NCBI RefSeq assembly: GCF_018350175.1
Contig: NC_058368.1
Span: forward strand, 113,772,001 to 113,836,000
Origin: Felis catus
Lineage: Eukaryota
Length of the DNA: 64,000 nt
Direction: 5' to 3'
Shown: positions 24,453-36,850 of the stretch, one piece after another
Layout: each line of letters starts with the position of its first letter
How positions within the stretch are numbered: the first letter of the stretch is position 1
Notes under the pieces: model-generated
Seen by the model: only the letters and a program-made list of their open reading frames with translations
What the model was told of the DNA's origin: nothing
Database searches by the model: none
Program-made: the position numbers and the translations under genes

Positions 24453-27042
24453 ATACAAATCGTTGACCTTTCTTAAAGTTTCAAACAGCACATCTGCTTA
24501 GGTCCCAAAGGAAAACAATTCAGAAGAAAGTTTGGTCTCTCTCTTGTCAGTACCAATCTAGCATCATGTATAGTTTCATCTAGAGACTTTCTAAATCAGA
24601 GAACATAGAAAGAGATAAAAATACAGTTTTTTGTGTTTTTTTTTATTGTAGCCCTAAGTTGTGGCCCAAGTTGAGACAGCAGTGGCTTTCTCTTCTACTT
24701 GAACAGACAGAGGCAGGGCTCAGATGCATGAGTGTGTGTGCTTCCAGCCAGTTACCCAAATAGAATTTGGTATTCATGAGTTTTATATTTGTCTGTTTAA
24801 GGATGCTCAGACATAAATGGATCTTTAATTACATGGCTCTAAATATAACCCCATCTCCTTGCACACGAATCCCACCTTTCATTTGCAAATACATTCATTT
24901 GCTCCTACTAACATTAGCTCCTTCTGAGCTTTCAGAGAAAAGACCAGGTTGAGTCATGGAAGGAGCTTCTCATGTGCAAAGGGAAGACCCCTCCCCAACA
25001 AGGAAGCCCTCCCTCTTTTCTGTGAGTCTTCCTCTTTCTAAGAAAAGGGAGTGTGAGGAGCCAGCAGCTGCCTCCTATCAGCCTGGCCCGCCCACCTGCT
25101 ATTTGTGAAGGCTGAGCAGCTTTACCTTAAAGGGAGGTTGTTACTAAGGGCAAAAAGGGTCCACTCTACTGCCAGGCATGGGAGATGTCAACATCTGGGC
25201 TGTAGTCGGGTGACTCTGGGTCAAGACAGAACCATCATGGCCCCTGTTGGCAGGAAAGTCTCTTGGCCTCTGGTTTCCCAAAAGTCTGCTTGGTGCACTG
25301 AAGTTTGTTTATTTCCTTCAGTATTGATGTCCACCAGCTTCCTATTTGAATGTGAAATTGATTCTGGGCTGGTGGGAAGGCAGTAAATGCTGGCCGGCAG
25401 CGGTGGGGAAATGATAGGATGGGAACTGTGTCTTAGGCAGAAGAACCTGGCTGTGTATGCCCATTAGATCTGCTTCCCCTGAGCCGCTTTCTGGAGATGC
25501 CCCAAGGCTTTTCTTCTTCCCTCCTCCACTGCCTGAGCACACGTGAGCACGCAGCTACATGCCAGCTTCCAACCCACACCTGTACATTCCTAACCCAGGC
25601 CTTTGAACCCTGTCTTCACAAACCCTGCTCCCTTTGCTTCCTTTTCTTCTTCGGATGAGCTCAGATCACCCAAGGGAGTGAGAGGAGGCAAGATTCCAAT
25701 TTATTTCCTTGAGCTTCAAACCTGAGACTTGTTCATCCCTGGAATGGAAAGCCCTGATAGCTCGGTGCCATTACAACGGCCCCACACTGCAGCAGAGGCA
25801 ATTTGCGTTTCAAAAGTAATAGAGAGTAAATTGCGGAGGAAATATTTTATGCAAATTAACCAAGCTTAACATTTTGATAAAAGGCTTTTTTAAAAATGAA
25901 CCAAGGAATCCAATACTCCATTGCAAGTTTAACACAAAAGAAAATTTCAAAAGCCTGAATTTTTTCAAGTATGTGACAGCAAGAGACATTAACCACCTAT
26001 AAGATGGAATACAGAAGCCAAAGAGCATAAAACTATTAGCTCAAAACAATATTCATGTGAGCTTATGGATTAAGGTGTTTCAATAATTTAAATAATTCTC
26101 TCCCTTCTTTTGAGCAGACTCATCACTAAGCCAAAACATATTTGCTGTGGGATCAATGCTACATTTGCAAGTGAGCTTGGAACCCGCTATCAGAGGAAGA
26201 GGAGAAGAACAAAGATTCAATGCACACGAACTGGAGGCCAGGCCCTGTGGTGGGTGCTTCACATACGTTATCTCATTTAAGCAGGCACACTCTGAGTTCC
26301 CGGAGAGAAAATGACAGAGAGAGGGGAAAAGCCATGTGCTGATTCTTCTGGGCAAAGACACTTCCATGTGAAAAGAGAATGGCTGAGAGAATACCATTAA
26401 TGTCTTTTTCACCCACTCCCACTTGAATGAGATATTCCTTCAAAATCAAGAAAGGTGAATTGAAGACAAAATATTTTAAAACCCTAATAATATTTCCACT
26501 TATCCCAAATTCAGGCTTCCCAGAAGCCCCAAGCCCATGTCCTTACAATTCCCAGCTAACCAGGGAGGGGCAGGCTTCAACACAGGCAAAAGATGTACTG
26601 AGATGTGGGTCCTACTGGGGATTCCCAAATCTGGAAGACCTTGAAATTATTACAGGGATTCACGCAGCCACACACACACCCAACTTTGTAGACAGAATAC
26701 ATGCTTCACACGTAGGCGTGCTGTTTCTCTAATGCATGCAAGTGCTATAGCAATTAATACAATGCAATTCATATTCAAAAGGAACTGAATTTGTAGTTTT
26801 TGGTCATTATATGTTCTCCATCAACAGACCTGAAAAATGTAATCACTATCATGGGGAGGTCCACAGTGATTCTTACCTTAAAGACAATTCTTCAACACAA
26901 TAAGCATGGAAAGCAATGATCTCAAAGGGCTGGAACAGTTGTCACCAAAGTCACACACACTGCTGTGTAGAAAAATCTCACAAACCCACCCTACAGGCTC
27001 ATCGACTCTTGTTTAATAAGAAATCTTAAGAAGTTTGATTAA

Positions 27043-27256
27043 GGGGCACCTGGGTGGCTCTGTTGATTAGACGTCTGACTTTGGTTCAGGTCATGATCTC
27101 ATGGTTTGTGGGTTTGAGCCCCGCGTCGGGCTCTGTGCTGACAGCTCAGAGCCGGGAGCCTGCTTCAGATTCTGTGTGTGTGTGTCTCTGTCCCTTTTCC
27201 GCGCAGGCTCTCTGTCTCTCTCTCAGAATAAACAAATAAGCATTAAAAAAGGAAAG
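27043..27256 (+). mobile_element. Can-SINE
   Basis: TSD AAGAAGTTTGATTA 27028-27041 / AAGAAGCTTGATTA 27257-27270. Confidence 0.96.
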
Positions 27257-27371
27257 AAGAAGCTTGATTACCATTTATTTTGGAATTAAAAGTTGCAAGT
27301 TGGGAAGGTGGGAAAACATAAAGGAAACGGCCAATTGATTTCACCGTAGAACTTTTAAAACATCCTGTGTG

Positions 27372-27430
27372 TCAAAATGTCCTATAAAAATTACAGAGCT
27401 GTTCAAAATGTCCTATAAAAATTAAAGAGC
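27372..27430. repeat. 28-bp direct tandem duplication
   Basis: TCAAAATGTCCTATAAAAATTACAGAGC (27372-27399) and TCAAAATGTCCTATAAAAATTAAAGAGC (27403-27430). Confidence 0.95.
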
Positions 27431-27810
27431 AGTGTAGGAAGATCCTGAACTCACCTCCTCCCACAGACATGCCAAATCAGTAGCTACATATGGAATAATT
27501 CCTTCTGAAAAAGACCTGAAAACTAGCTAAAGAGCTTCACAGCAACAAAGGATGAAAGAGCCCCATCAGGATGGGTAGAGAGGCAGAGATGTGGTCTTGC
27601 CAAAAACTCCAGCCCCAGAGAGGCAACCCATAATTAGGAGGTAGCACACAAATATGGGTTTTCTCCTTGAGGAGGAAGGGGGTCATACCCCACATCAAGC
27701 ACCCCAGCCCTTGGGACTTAAACAATGAGCCCTCAAAACATCTGGCTCTGGAAACCAACAGGACTTAAGCCAGCAGACCCAAAAGACTCTGTAGAACTGA
27801 AAGTCCACTC

Positions 27811-27985
27811 TGTTTTTAAAGTTTTTACTTATTTGAGGTGAGAGGGGCAGAGAGGCAGAGAGTCCCAAGCAGACTCCACACTGTCAGCACAGAGCCAAAT
27901 GCAGGGCTGGAACTCACCACAAGATCATGACCTGAGCTGAAATCAAGAGCCAGTCACTTAACCAACTGAACCATCCATGCACCCC
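27811..27985 (-). mobile_element. Can-SINE
   Basis: Reverse copy flanked by TGAAAGTCCACT / TGAAAGACCACT. Confidence 0.92.
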
Positions 27986-27997
27986 TGAAAGACCACT

Positions 27998-28200
27998 TTT
28001 TTTTTTTAATGTTTATTCATTTTTTTGAGACACACACACACACTGTGCGCAGGGGAGAGGCAGAGAGAGAAGACTCAGAATCCAAAGCAGGCTCTGTGCT
28101 GCCAGCTCAGAGCCCGACATGGGGCTCGAACCAACAAACCATGAGGTCGTGACCTGAGCCAAAGTCAGATGCATAACTGACTGAGCCACCCTGGTGCCCC
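27998..28200 (-). mobile_element. Can-SINE
   Basis: Reverse copy flanked by TGAAAGACCACT / TGAAAGTCCACT. Confidence 0.92.
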
Positions 28201-29487
28201 ATGAAAGTCCACTCCTAAGGGCATATACACAGACTTACTCATCCCAGGACCCTGCACAAAAGCAGCAGTTTGAAAAGTGCTTACACCACATGCAAAAGAT
28301 TATTTATTTGCAAATCTTCAAGCATGTGTCAGAGATGCAGGGGTCTAGTAGGACTTTCTCTGTGGAAGGAGGCACTGTTGGGCGCCATTTTTGCACTCCC
28401 TTAGTGCTAGCAGGTTTGCCCCTCCCCCATGCTCTTCCATAGTCCCCCTGAAAAAGGCAGGCTTGCCCTACACACATGTGCTCCTGTGGCTCCACTGAGC
28501 AGCCAGCAGGCCCACCCCAACCCCAGGCTCCGACACGGCCCTGCTAAAACCAGAGGGCATACACAGTCCACAGAGGGATTCAATGCCTGGCTCTGTGGCC
28601 AGGGGGCCTGTGTTGCCGGGCCTCATGGGACTGAAACAACCCGAGAGACAGTTCTCAGAAGGCTACCATCCCCAGGACACAGCACAGATGGCTGACTGAA
28701 ACACTCCGCTTGTCTTCCTGTGGAAAAGGCCTATTTACTTGTCCTGGAGCTTCAGGCTGAGGGGCAGTCTTCAGATTTGCCACACATCCAGAGGCTATGT
28801 GAGGTCTCGAGAGAAGGGAGGGCAGGACAGTGCCAGCTTTTCGCTCTGCCTTGGCCTCACTGTGGCTCACCAGACCTCCCAGAGGGAATTTATACACTTG
28901 TCTGGAGCTCCAATTTTGCAACTTTCACCAAGAAGACACCTCCAAATCACCTGGTAGAGAAGCCAGCAGGAGTTGTAACTGTGGTCCCACAAGACTATTT
29001 AAATTTACATACTTTAAAAGCTGTTGCCTGAGGGGTCTGGCTTCAAATCAGCCTGAAATCAGGTGCTGAGTGAGATCCTTTGGAAGAGACAGGGCTTGGT
29101 ACACCACTAACAGCAACTGGGACCTATGAGGAATACTTCAAGTTGCTTAGATAATCACCAAGTTCCAGGAGACCAGCAAGAACTAGGGCAAGATGGGAAG
29201 ATAAATTTCATTGCCTATACGAGGCCACTCCTTGTCAAATGAAAGAGATTGTCCTATTGCCAAATGAGAGAGAGACAAAAGCAAGATGAGGGAACAGAGG
29301 AATATGATCCAGATGAAAGAACAAGATAAAACTCCAGAAATAAACCTGAATGAAGTGGAGGTAAGTAATTTATCTGATATAGAGTTCAAAGTAAGACTCA
29401 TAAAGATGCTCACCTACCGCAGAAGAATGGATGAACACAATGAGAAATTCAATGAAGAGATAGAAAATATTAAAAAGACCAAAGAGA

Positions 29488-29715
29488 GGGGTGCCTGGGT
29501 GACTCAGCCAGTTAAGCGTTTGACTTTGGCTTGGGTCACGATCTCGGAGTTCATGGATTTGAGCCCCACATCAGGCTTTCTGCAGACAGCTCAGAGCCTG
29601 GAGACTGCTTTAGACTCTATGTCTCCCTCTCTCTCTCTCTCTCTGCCCCTCTCCTGCTCACAGGCTCTCTCTCGCTCGCTCTCTCTCAAAAATAAACAAA
29701 CATTAAAAAAAATTT
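29488..29715 (+). mobile_element. Can-SINE inside L1 ORF1
   Basis: Head, CT tract and tail; imperfect TSD ACCAAAGAGA / ACCAAACAGA. Confidence 0.95.
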
Positions 29716-31139
29716 TAAGTACCAAACAGAAGTCAAAGAAGAATGCAATAACTAACTGAACAGAAAAAATATACTAGAGGGGTTCAGAGGCAGACTAGAT
29801 GAAACTCTATCCCCTAACAGTCCCTGAGAGTCCCTGAGAGTGTCCCTTCCTGGTTCATAGGCCCATCTGTCATCTGTGGCCAATGTGCAGAACCCACCAC
29901 ATCCCTCCTCTGCCTTATCAATGTCCTGCCCTCATGGTGCAACAAGAAAGCTTCACTCCTGTTGCTTCTGACAGCATCCATCACAAACACATGGATCCAT
30001 GCCAACATCAGTGCCCAAAGTGCTCTCTCTTGATGGCCCCAGTGGTCACAGAGCCATCACCTTCCATACCCACGTGGAGAATATCCTCTCCCTGACCCTA
30101 CAGCACTCTGTCACGTGGACACCAGGGCATCATCCAGTACTGCCATGGTCCATGGGGTCCTTTGTGAAAACAGCATCTTCAGCTTCCATCCTTAATGTCA
30201 CCAACAAATATAGGGACTAGTCTGGGATCAGACATTAGAGCATCCTCTCCACCGCCTTGTCTTCTGCTTCTCACACTGCTCCAGGAACTCTGTCCACCAG
30301 AAGGCAGCTCTCCTCTTTCAGTCATAATCCCAAAAGCTCCATAAATTGCAATTCATGCAAATAAACAGCTAAGAGTGTCCAAAGTGATTACATCTCTAGG
30401 ACCTGTATTTCCTGCTGTTTTATTTCCACTCATATGGTTCATCTCTCCTCAGACCTGATGTGGGTAAACTGACCCTTCCTGCAAACCTGACTTCCTCCCC
30501 ACCATCACACTTTTGTGGGTTTGTTAGCAAAATTTTCATTCTCATCAGAGACAGCCAGACCCTCAGGGTCCTCCTGATTTCTGTCTCTCAACTCCATTTC
30601 CAGTCACTAAGCCCTAATGAGTCTTTCCTGCTTGCTCCTATCTTCTTCTAGTCCCAGCACTGCCTGCCTCAACCCAGACAATGAGACAGCCCCTAACAGG
30701 TCTTTGAGCCCTCCTCCCTCTCTCTCCAGTTCATGGGACCACCACTTCCTAAGAGCAAGTCCACTAAAGCACACCTCTGGTCACAGCCCATTCCATATGC
30801 ACACAGCAATGCTGGGATGGACAATCACCCATGATCAGAGAAAGGTCACACTCTATTATCCTGGGAGCATCAATATAATAGTGGCCGTTTACTCTACACT
30901 TGAGCCAGGTACTTTAAATACTTTGTTTTTACCAATCTTTACACAACTCTGAGGCAGGAGTTATCGTTCCATTTTACAGATAAGGAAAATGAGGTTTACA
31001 TATTTAAATTACTTTTCTTCTAACTAGATGTCTCAAAACCCTGTGAGAATCTGACAAGAGCATGAATCCGTTGCCCAGAAAAATACACATGCTTAAAAAT
31101 TATAATATTTTTGATGATGAATATTTTTGGTGAATATGA

Positions 31140-31355
31140 TATATGCATACATATAATATATATATGTGTGTGTGTATATATACATATATATACATATGTG
31201 TGTATATATACATATGTATACATATGTGTGTGTGTATATACATATATATGGTCATATATATGTATATATACAGACACACATATATATACACATATATATA
31301 CATATATACACACACACATATATATATATATATACATACACACACACACACACAC
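31140..31355. repeat. Compound (TA/TG/CA)n microsatellite
   Basis: About 215 nt of mostly alternating purine-pyrimidine. Confidence 0.95.
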
Positions 31356-33149
31356 AAGGCAAAGTCCTGCATACTATTTCAAAGGATTAGCAGACACAGA
31401 GAAGGAACCCTTATGTCTCCTATTACTGCTTCCCAGGTTAAAACCCCTATCTTAACAACATCTTTCACTCTCCCTAGAAGCAGGCATCTAGAATTTTAAC
31501 TTTTTTTTTTTTAGTTAATGGCCTTGAAGGTTTTTTTTTTTTTCATCCTTATTTTTCAGCACATTTTATCCCCCTGGCACGGGGTAAGGCATCCAGCCCA
31601 TAAACGTAAGGAAAAGTAAGAGGGGTGGGGGAGAACCATCATGCCTGACACTGCTCCCCAACTCCCCTCGAAAAGCCAATTGCTATTTCCCTAAATGCGT
31701 AAGAGATATCTCCCCTGGGCAGCCAATGTGGCCTTGGAAGAGAAGAGCAGAAAAGAGGCTGTAACTGCATGGAAAGTAACCCACCGGGTTAAGAAACCAA
31801 GGACTTTCCTTCAAAAAGAGCAGAATTTAATCTGATTGGTGTCAGAAATACTTCCTTGCAGCACCAGGATTTAAAGTCATGACACCAAAAGAACAGTCAA
31901 CGTCGAGCTCTATAATCACTAAAATGCCCTCACCAGCCCTAGGTTAATAGGCTGTCATTCAGAACATGGGTTGAGCCAGAAACAAGCCACAGCAATGACA
32001 AAACACAACCTCTTCCTCTCCTCCCTCACTCATCCATCCATCCAAAATGTATTGGACACCTATTGGATGCCTGTGGATTCGGAAATATCCCTGCTTTCAG
32101 CGCTTTCACAGCCTACAGGGAGAGACAGATGATTAAACGGATAATTACAGTGCCATGTGAATGTGGATAAATGCACATCATAAGGGACAGGTTAAATTAA
32201 TCATGAAACAGCCATACAATAGAGTGCTATATAGCCATTAAAAAGAATAATGTAGCACCATATTCACTGACAGGGAAAGATCTGCACAGTAGAGTAAATG
32301 GAGGGAAAAGAGCAGATTGCAAAGTAGTATTTATGGTATTTTACTCTCTGTAAAATTATATTTTACATACACACAAATGTTGAAAGGATATTCACCAAAT
32401 TATCTACCAGTTAGCTCTGGGTGATACATTTTCAAGTGATTTTACTTTAGCCTTCAGGCTTGTCTGTTTTGTTTGTACAATTTAATTTTTTCAAAAGGAA
32501 ACAGCTTTGTTTGGTGAAAATGAGAGGCACTCCCTGCAGAAAATTCAACGTGCTAAGTTCAGTAATGAAGGTACTCCCATGCACCGACAGACACACACAC
32601 ATGCGCACACACCCCACTCACACGGAGTGCAAGATTCTCTAAGAGTTCCAGAAAGGTGAACTGGCACTGTCTAGAGGTTTCTTCTACTTCAGTTAGCTAC
32701 CTATTATGGACTAGAATTCTTAAAGCTGGAAGATGTTGGAAGCTAAGAAACAAAACCAAATGACCCATACCATTTGCTACCTTTAATAGCAACAATTTCT
32801 CCATTCTGCAAAAGTGAGCTTCCCTTGAGTGAAGGAAGCAGCTTTCATTTCACCTTCCTGGGGTGGTAAAACCTCCTACACTCCAGCCCTCCAGACTATG
32901 TCTACAAAACACACAGTAAATGCATTCAGCCCTGACCCTCTGCCTCAAACCTGCCTTTCCTGTTCTCACTTCCAAGCAACGTTGGGGGTTAAGCTCATTT
33001 ATTCACTTAACAAACACTTACTGAGTGTCCTCCAGAGTGCTTAGCTTCCATGAGCAACTAATGAGTGCAGGCAAACAAGACAGGTACTGTCTCCATCCTT
33101 GTGGAACTCAGGTTCCAGTGGAAAGGGGGACTGGAACAAAGGTATCTCT

Positions 33150-33340
33150 GGAGTTACACTCCCTAAGTTCAAGTCCTGGCGACTCATAGGCTAACTGGGT
33201 GGCCTGGCTATGTTGGTTGACCTTTCTGGACATCAGCTTCCCTTTCTGCGAAAGGGGCATAAGAGACCTCATTAGATTGTTAGGGGATTAAACAAAATGA
33301 TGCGTGGAATGCTTGGCCCAGGGCCTGGCACACGGTGGCC
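33150..33340 (+). mobile_element. MIR fragment
   Basis: GTTCAAGTCCTGGC...CAGCTTCCCTTTCTGCGAAAGGGG...GATTGTTAGGGGATTAAA...GGGCCTGGCACACGGT. Confidence 0.65.
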
Positions 33341-34924
33341 CCAGGTGAAGGTTAATTAGTACTGTCATAAATATTTACATTTGTAATGAGTTGCCGTAAA
33401 AGACAAAAGCGTAGAGCACAGAGACGGTGCTCACAGCAGGGAAAGCACTGCACATGCCCCAGGTCATTGCCCACCTTCCAAATAATGGGTCCAATGGGAA
33501 GAAGGAAAACTGTGATCGGACTTGGCACCATTAGCCTTTTTAAATAAAAACATGGCCATCTGGGATCCACAGCACCGATGTGATTTCCCAACCCCACGGT
33601 TCAGGCTGGGCAGTACTGAAAGGAGAGCAGAGGCAGCATGTTAATACCTCCCATTCTGGGAAGATATATAGTGGGAGCCCCACCATGCTGACCTTTTCCA
33701 CACAAAGTGTTTTGATTAACTGGCATCCTATTCCTCCCCTGCAGCTCTAGAAGGCTATACACACAGAGGGGTGACTGGTCAGCCAATCACACTTTGGGTT
33801 CCCTTGAAAAGGTAAGAGAGTGCGGTAAAAGCATAGCGCCTGGAGGAAGAGAGGAACCACACCTGCCAGCAGGAAGTAAGAAGGTGGAGCCGCCCACCTT
33901 GGCTCCTGGTCCTAAGCCAGGCTCAGCCCCTTTGCTGGCCAATTAATTCCAGGCACCAACATCTGTCCTGAATTCTTCAAGGTAATTAGCACCACTTGTT
34001 ATCAACAGGAAGCTGGTGCCCGAGGGCACTTGAGATAATTGTTTCCATTCTGGCATATCTCTTCCTACTGTAAAAGGTCACTGCAGCCGATGTATTCCCA
34101 CTACCCCCATCCCTCTCATTAAATGAAAAAAGCTGTCTCTGGTCGTGGCAGTTCTATCATTTCATCGGCTCAGGGCATCCAGGCAGAGGCTTCTTGGAGG
34201 GAAGGATACTCCAAGAGTTGGCAGCGATTACTTCCTGCAACTTCGACATCACGCGTGTGGCCACCCACTCGTACAGGCAGTAGCTGAGACACACAAGGCT
34301 TGGTTTATTGTGCCTGGGGTCTGGAGTGCTCCAGAGAAAAAATACAATTGCACTGGCTGACTGTGACCAAGGCCGCTCAGGACTCTCCCACAGACTCCGG
34401 GGAAGCTTCTCCAGGGGATCAAGGGAAAGAGGAAATCTTACAAAGTGGCCTTGCCAGCCCTGCCCCCGTGCTGCAGCCACGTGACTGAGCCATATTCTCC
34501 CCGCTCTTCTCCTGTACCTGGCCTCCCACTGCCCATGCATTCTCTCTGTCTCACTCAAGACCACACCTCAGACTGCATTTCTGCCAGGAGCCCTCTATGA
34601 AGCTCTCTGATTGAGGTCAGGTGCTTCCTACACCTACCAGGCTGGTCAGTCTTGTTCAGCCTCCCACCGCCCCACCTGAAGGACAGCTGGATGAGAGCAG
34701 GGGGTCTCCACTGCCTTGTCCACCCCTCCCGCTTCGTGCCCAGCATAACATTCAAGAAATATTTACTGAGTGAATTGTGAACACGTGGTAGGCAATGATG
34801 CTGTGCTGGCTGGGTGTGCGCTCCAAGTAACATGAAATTCAAGAGAGTATTAGCCACCAGGGAGGCACAATCAACAAATTCTTGATTTCAGAGCAAACGG
34901 GAGCAAAGAGAACCTTACCGGGAA

Positions 34925-34943
34925 CTGAGCCACCTGCTGGCGG
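34925..34943 (-). promoter_or_regulatory. Candidate CTCF binding motif
   Basis: Minus strand CCGCCAGCAGGTGGCTCAG matches the CCASYAGRKGGC core; motif match only. Confidence 0.4.
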
Positions 34944-36529
34944 TCCCAGCAGGTAGCAACATCCTTCCCAAGGATGTAATCTGTCTGCGTGGAAAGCTGA
35001 CCACAGCCCCAGGACAAAGACCAGACACAGCAGCAAGAAATTAAGTACTGCTCCAGGCAGCTAGCATTTGTTCATTATTCCACGAGCTCAGCCCATGCAG
35101 GCTTCCTGCAACCCTGGCAGGAGAGGGGGAGCTTGCCTTGTGTGGATAGGCTCCAAGTCATGTCAGGCAGGGGCCAAGCCATGGCTGAAGGAGGCTTTCA
35201 TGCCTCCCATCACCACCATTGGACCCCCATGAGTCCTCACCCCCCTGGATGTCTCACCACACTGGTTTCTCTCCACTTCTAGAAAGCGCCCATGGCCCTG
35301 GTTAATGCCTCTCCAGCTGATAAATGCCTCTCTATCCCTCCCAGCTCCCTCAACCCTTCCTCTTGCCCTCTGGATCGCCAGAGAAAGGAGCAAATCCCCC
35401 AATGGCATCACACTTCTCTCCTGTACATCCTTTCTCCCATTACAATTTTACACTGGGTGTGTTCTTACTTGATTCATGCCACTGTCCCCAACAAGACTCT
35501 CAGCATCACAAGGCCAGGGCCAAGACTAGGTCTGTTTTTGTTCACCGTTCTGTCCCCTGTGCCTAGCACTCAGGCGGCATGTAGGAAACTCAGGTAGAGT
35601 AAAATTGTGTCTTAAGGAAATGTGAACATGTACTCAATAAACAAAGGTTTGAGAAACACTGGACACTCTCAACCTCTAAAACTCTGTGGAGTCCTGCTGG
35701 AAAGAAACTCATCTGACTTTACTCCAATGTTTCCCAGTTTGCCTGAGTATGGGATCCTTTCTCATTCCTCTCAACATCCTAGGCAGAGTGGTGTGCCTTG
35801 GAACTCCAGTTTGGGAAACACTATCTGGATAATATTTCTTTGTTTATTTATTTATTTTATGATTTATTTATTTGTTTATTGTTTATTTAAACAAACCAGG
35901 GGACCCCCAATTTTTCAAAGCTGCTCTGAGCCATAACAGCACAGTGGAGTGTGAAGGGGTCTGCTGTACCCAGACTCTGCTTCCTGCCTACCTTGTCCCT
36001 CCCCTTCTTCTGTGGCCTGTGCTGTGACAGGTTTGGGAAATCATGCTGGTAGATGTGCACAGAAAGCCCCAAGGCTCACTGCCCTTGAGAATGAAGAACC
36101 AGGCTGGTACCTGGGCAGGCATGGAGCAGAACATCCTTTTCAAGTTCATGATTTCTTCACACCAGATGCTGGCCACACAAAATAAGAACAGCACTCAGGA
36201 TTTACTCTCCCCAAATCATAGTTAGTGATGTTATCCTTTTTGTCTCACAAGAAACCGAGTGGGTAATCCTGAAACAATTTTCCTTATTTCAAAGAATAGA
36301 GGCACTGAAACCCATAGATTCTCAAGGTCACCAGCCCCCAGAAGCTGCAGGGTATGAACAAAAGTACGGGTCCTGTGCCTCTCCAGCGAAGGCTTTTCCC
36401 TCTTCTGGATCAGGTCCCTCTTTGAAGGTAAATCTATTGCTGGAAGAGACAGCTAAAGGCCCAAGAGAACTCCCTTACACGGGGAGGTAAGCCCACTTAT
36501 TCCTGGGCCGGGAGAACCTGACAATCTTT

Positions 36530-36850
36530 AACAGACGCTCTACACTGGTAGCCTACGGGTTCAATCTGGCATATGGATTTTATTCAATCCACATGGTTGG
36601 GTTGTTTTTTAGCCATCAACATTTAAAAGTCAAGAAATTTCCCCTTATAATCTGGATTCCAGCTTCTCTTGAATATGCTGGAGACACAGCCACACCGTGG
36701 GTCTGCATTTCTGTGGCAACCAGGAGCTGGCAGAGTGCTCTCTGTCTTTCCAAATGGACCCATCCCCTCTGGTTCACTGCCTGCCTCCTGCCTACATCAC
36801 TCACTGATTTACCTGCTGGGCCCTGTGGACACTGGGGTTTGACCCCTGCC
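36530..36850. mobile_element. MER102-like hAT DNA transposon remnant
   Basis: ACATTTAAAAGTCAAGAAATTTC...CTGGATTCCAGCTTCTCTTGAA; ends GTTTGACCCCTG. Confidence 0.6.

Larger units (their letters stand above)
27431..29805 (+). mobile_element. Carnivore LINE-1 5' UTR plus ORF1 N-terminus (3'-truncated), carrying three SINEs
   Basis: 5' end GTAGGAAGATCCTGAACTCACCTCCTCCCAC; ORF 29286 MREQRNMIQMKEQDKTPEINLNEVEVSNLSDIEFKVRLIKML is L1 ORF1p-like. Confidence 0.88.

Noticed and set aside
29286..29759. 157-aa L1 ORF1-SINE fusion ORF
   Set aside because: Chance read-through from decayed ORF1 into an inserted SINE; no sign of selection.
31020..31499. Five overlapping ORFs of 74-118 aa rich in Y/I/H/T/C/V
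   Set aside because: Stop-free readings of a dinucleotide microsatellite.
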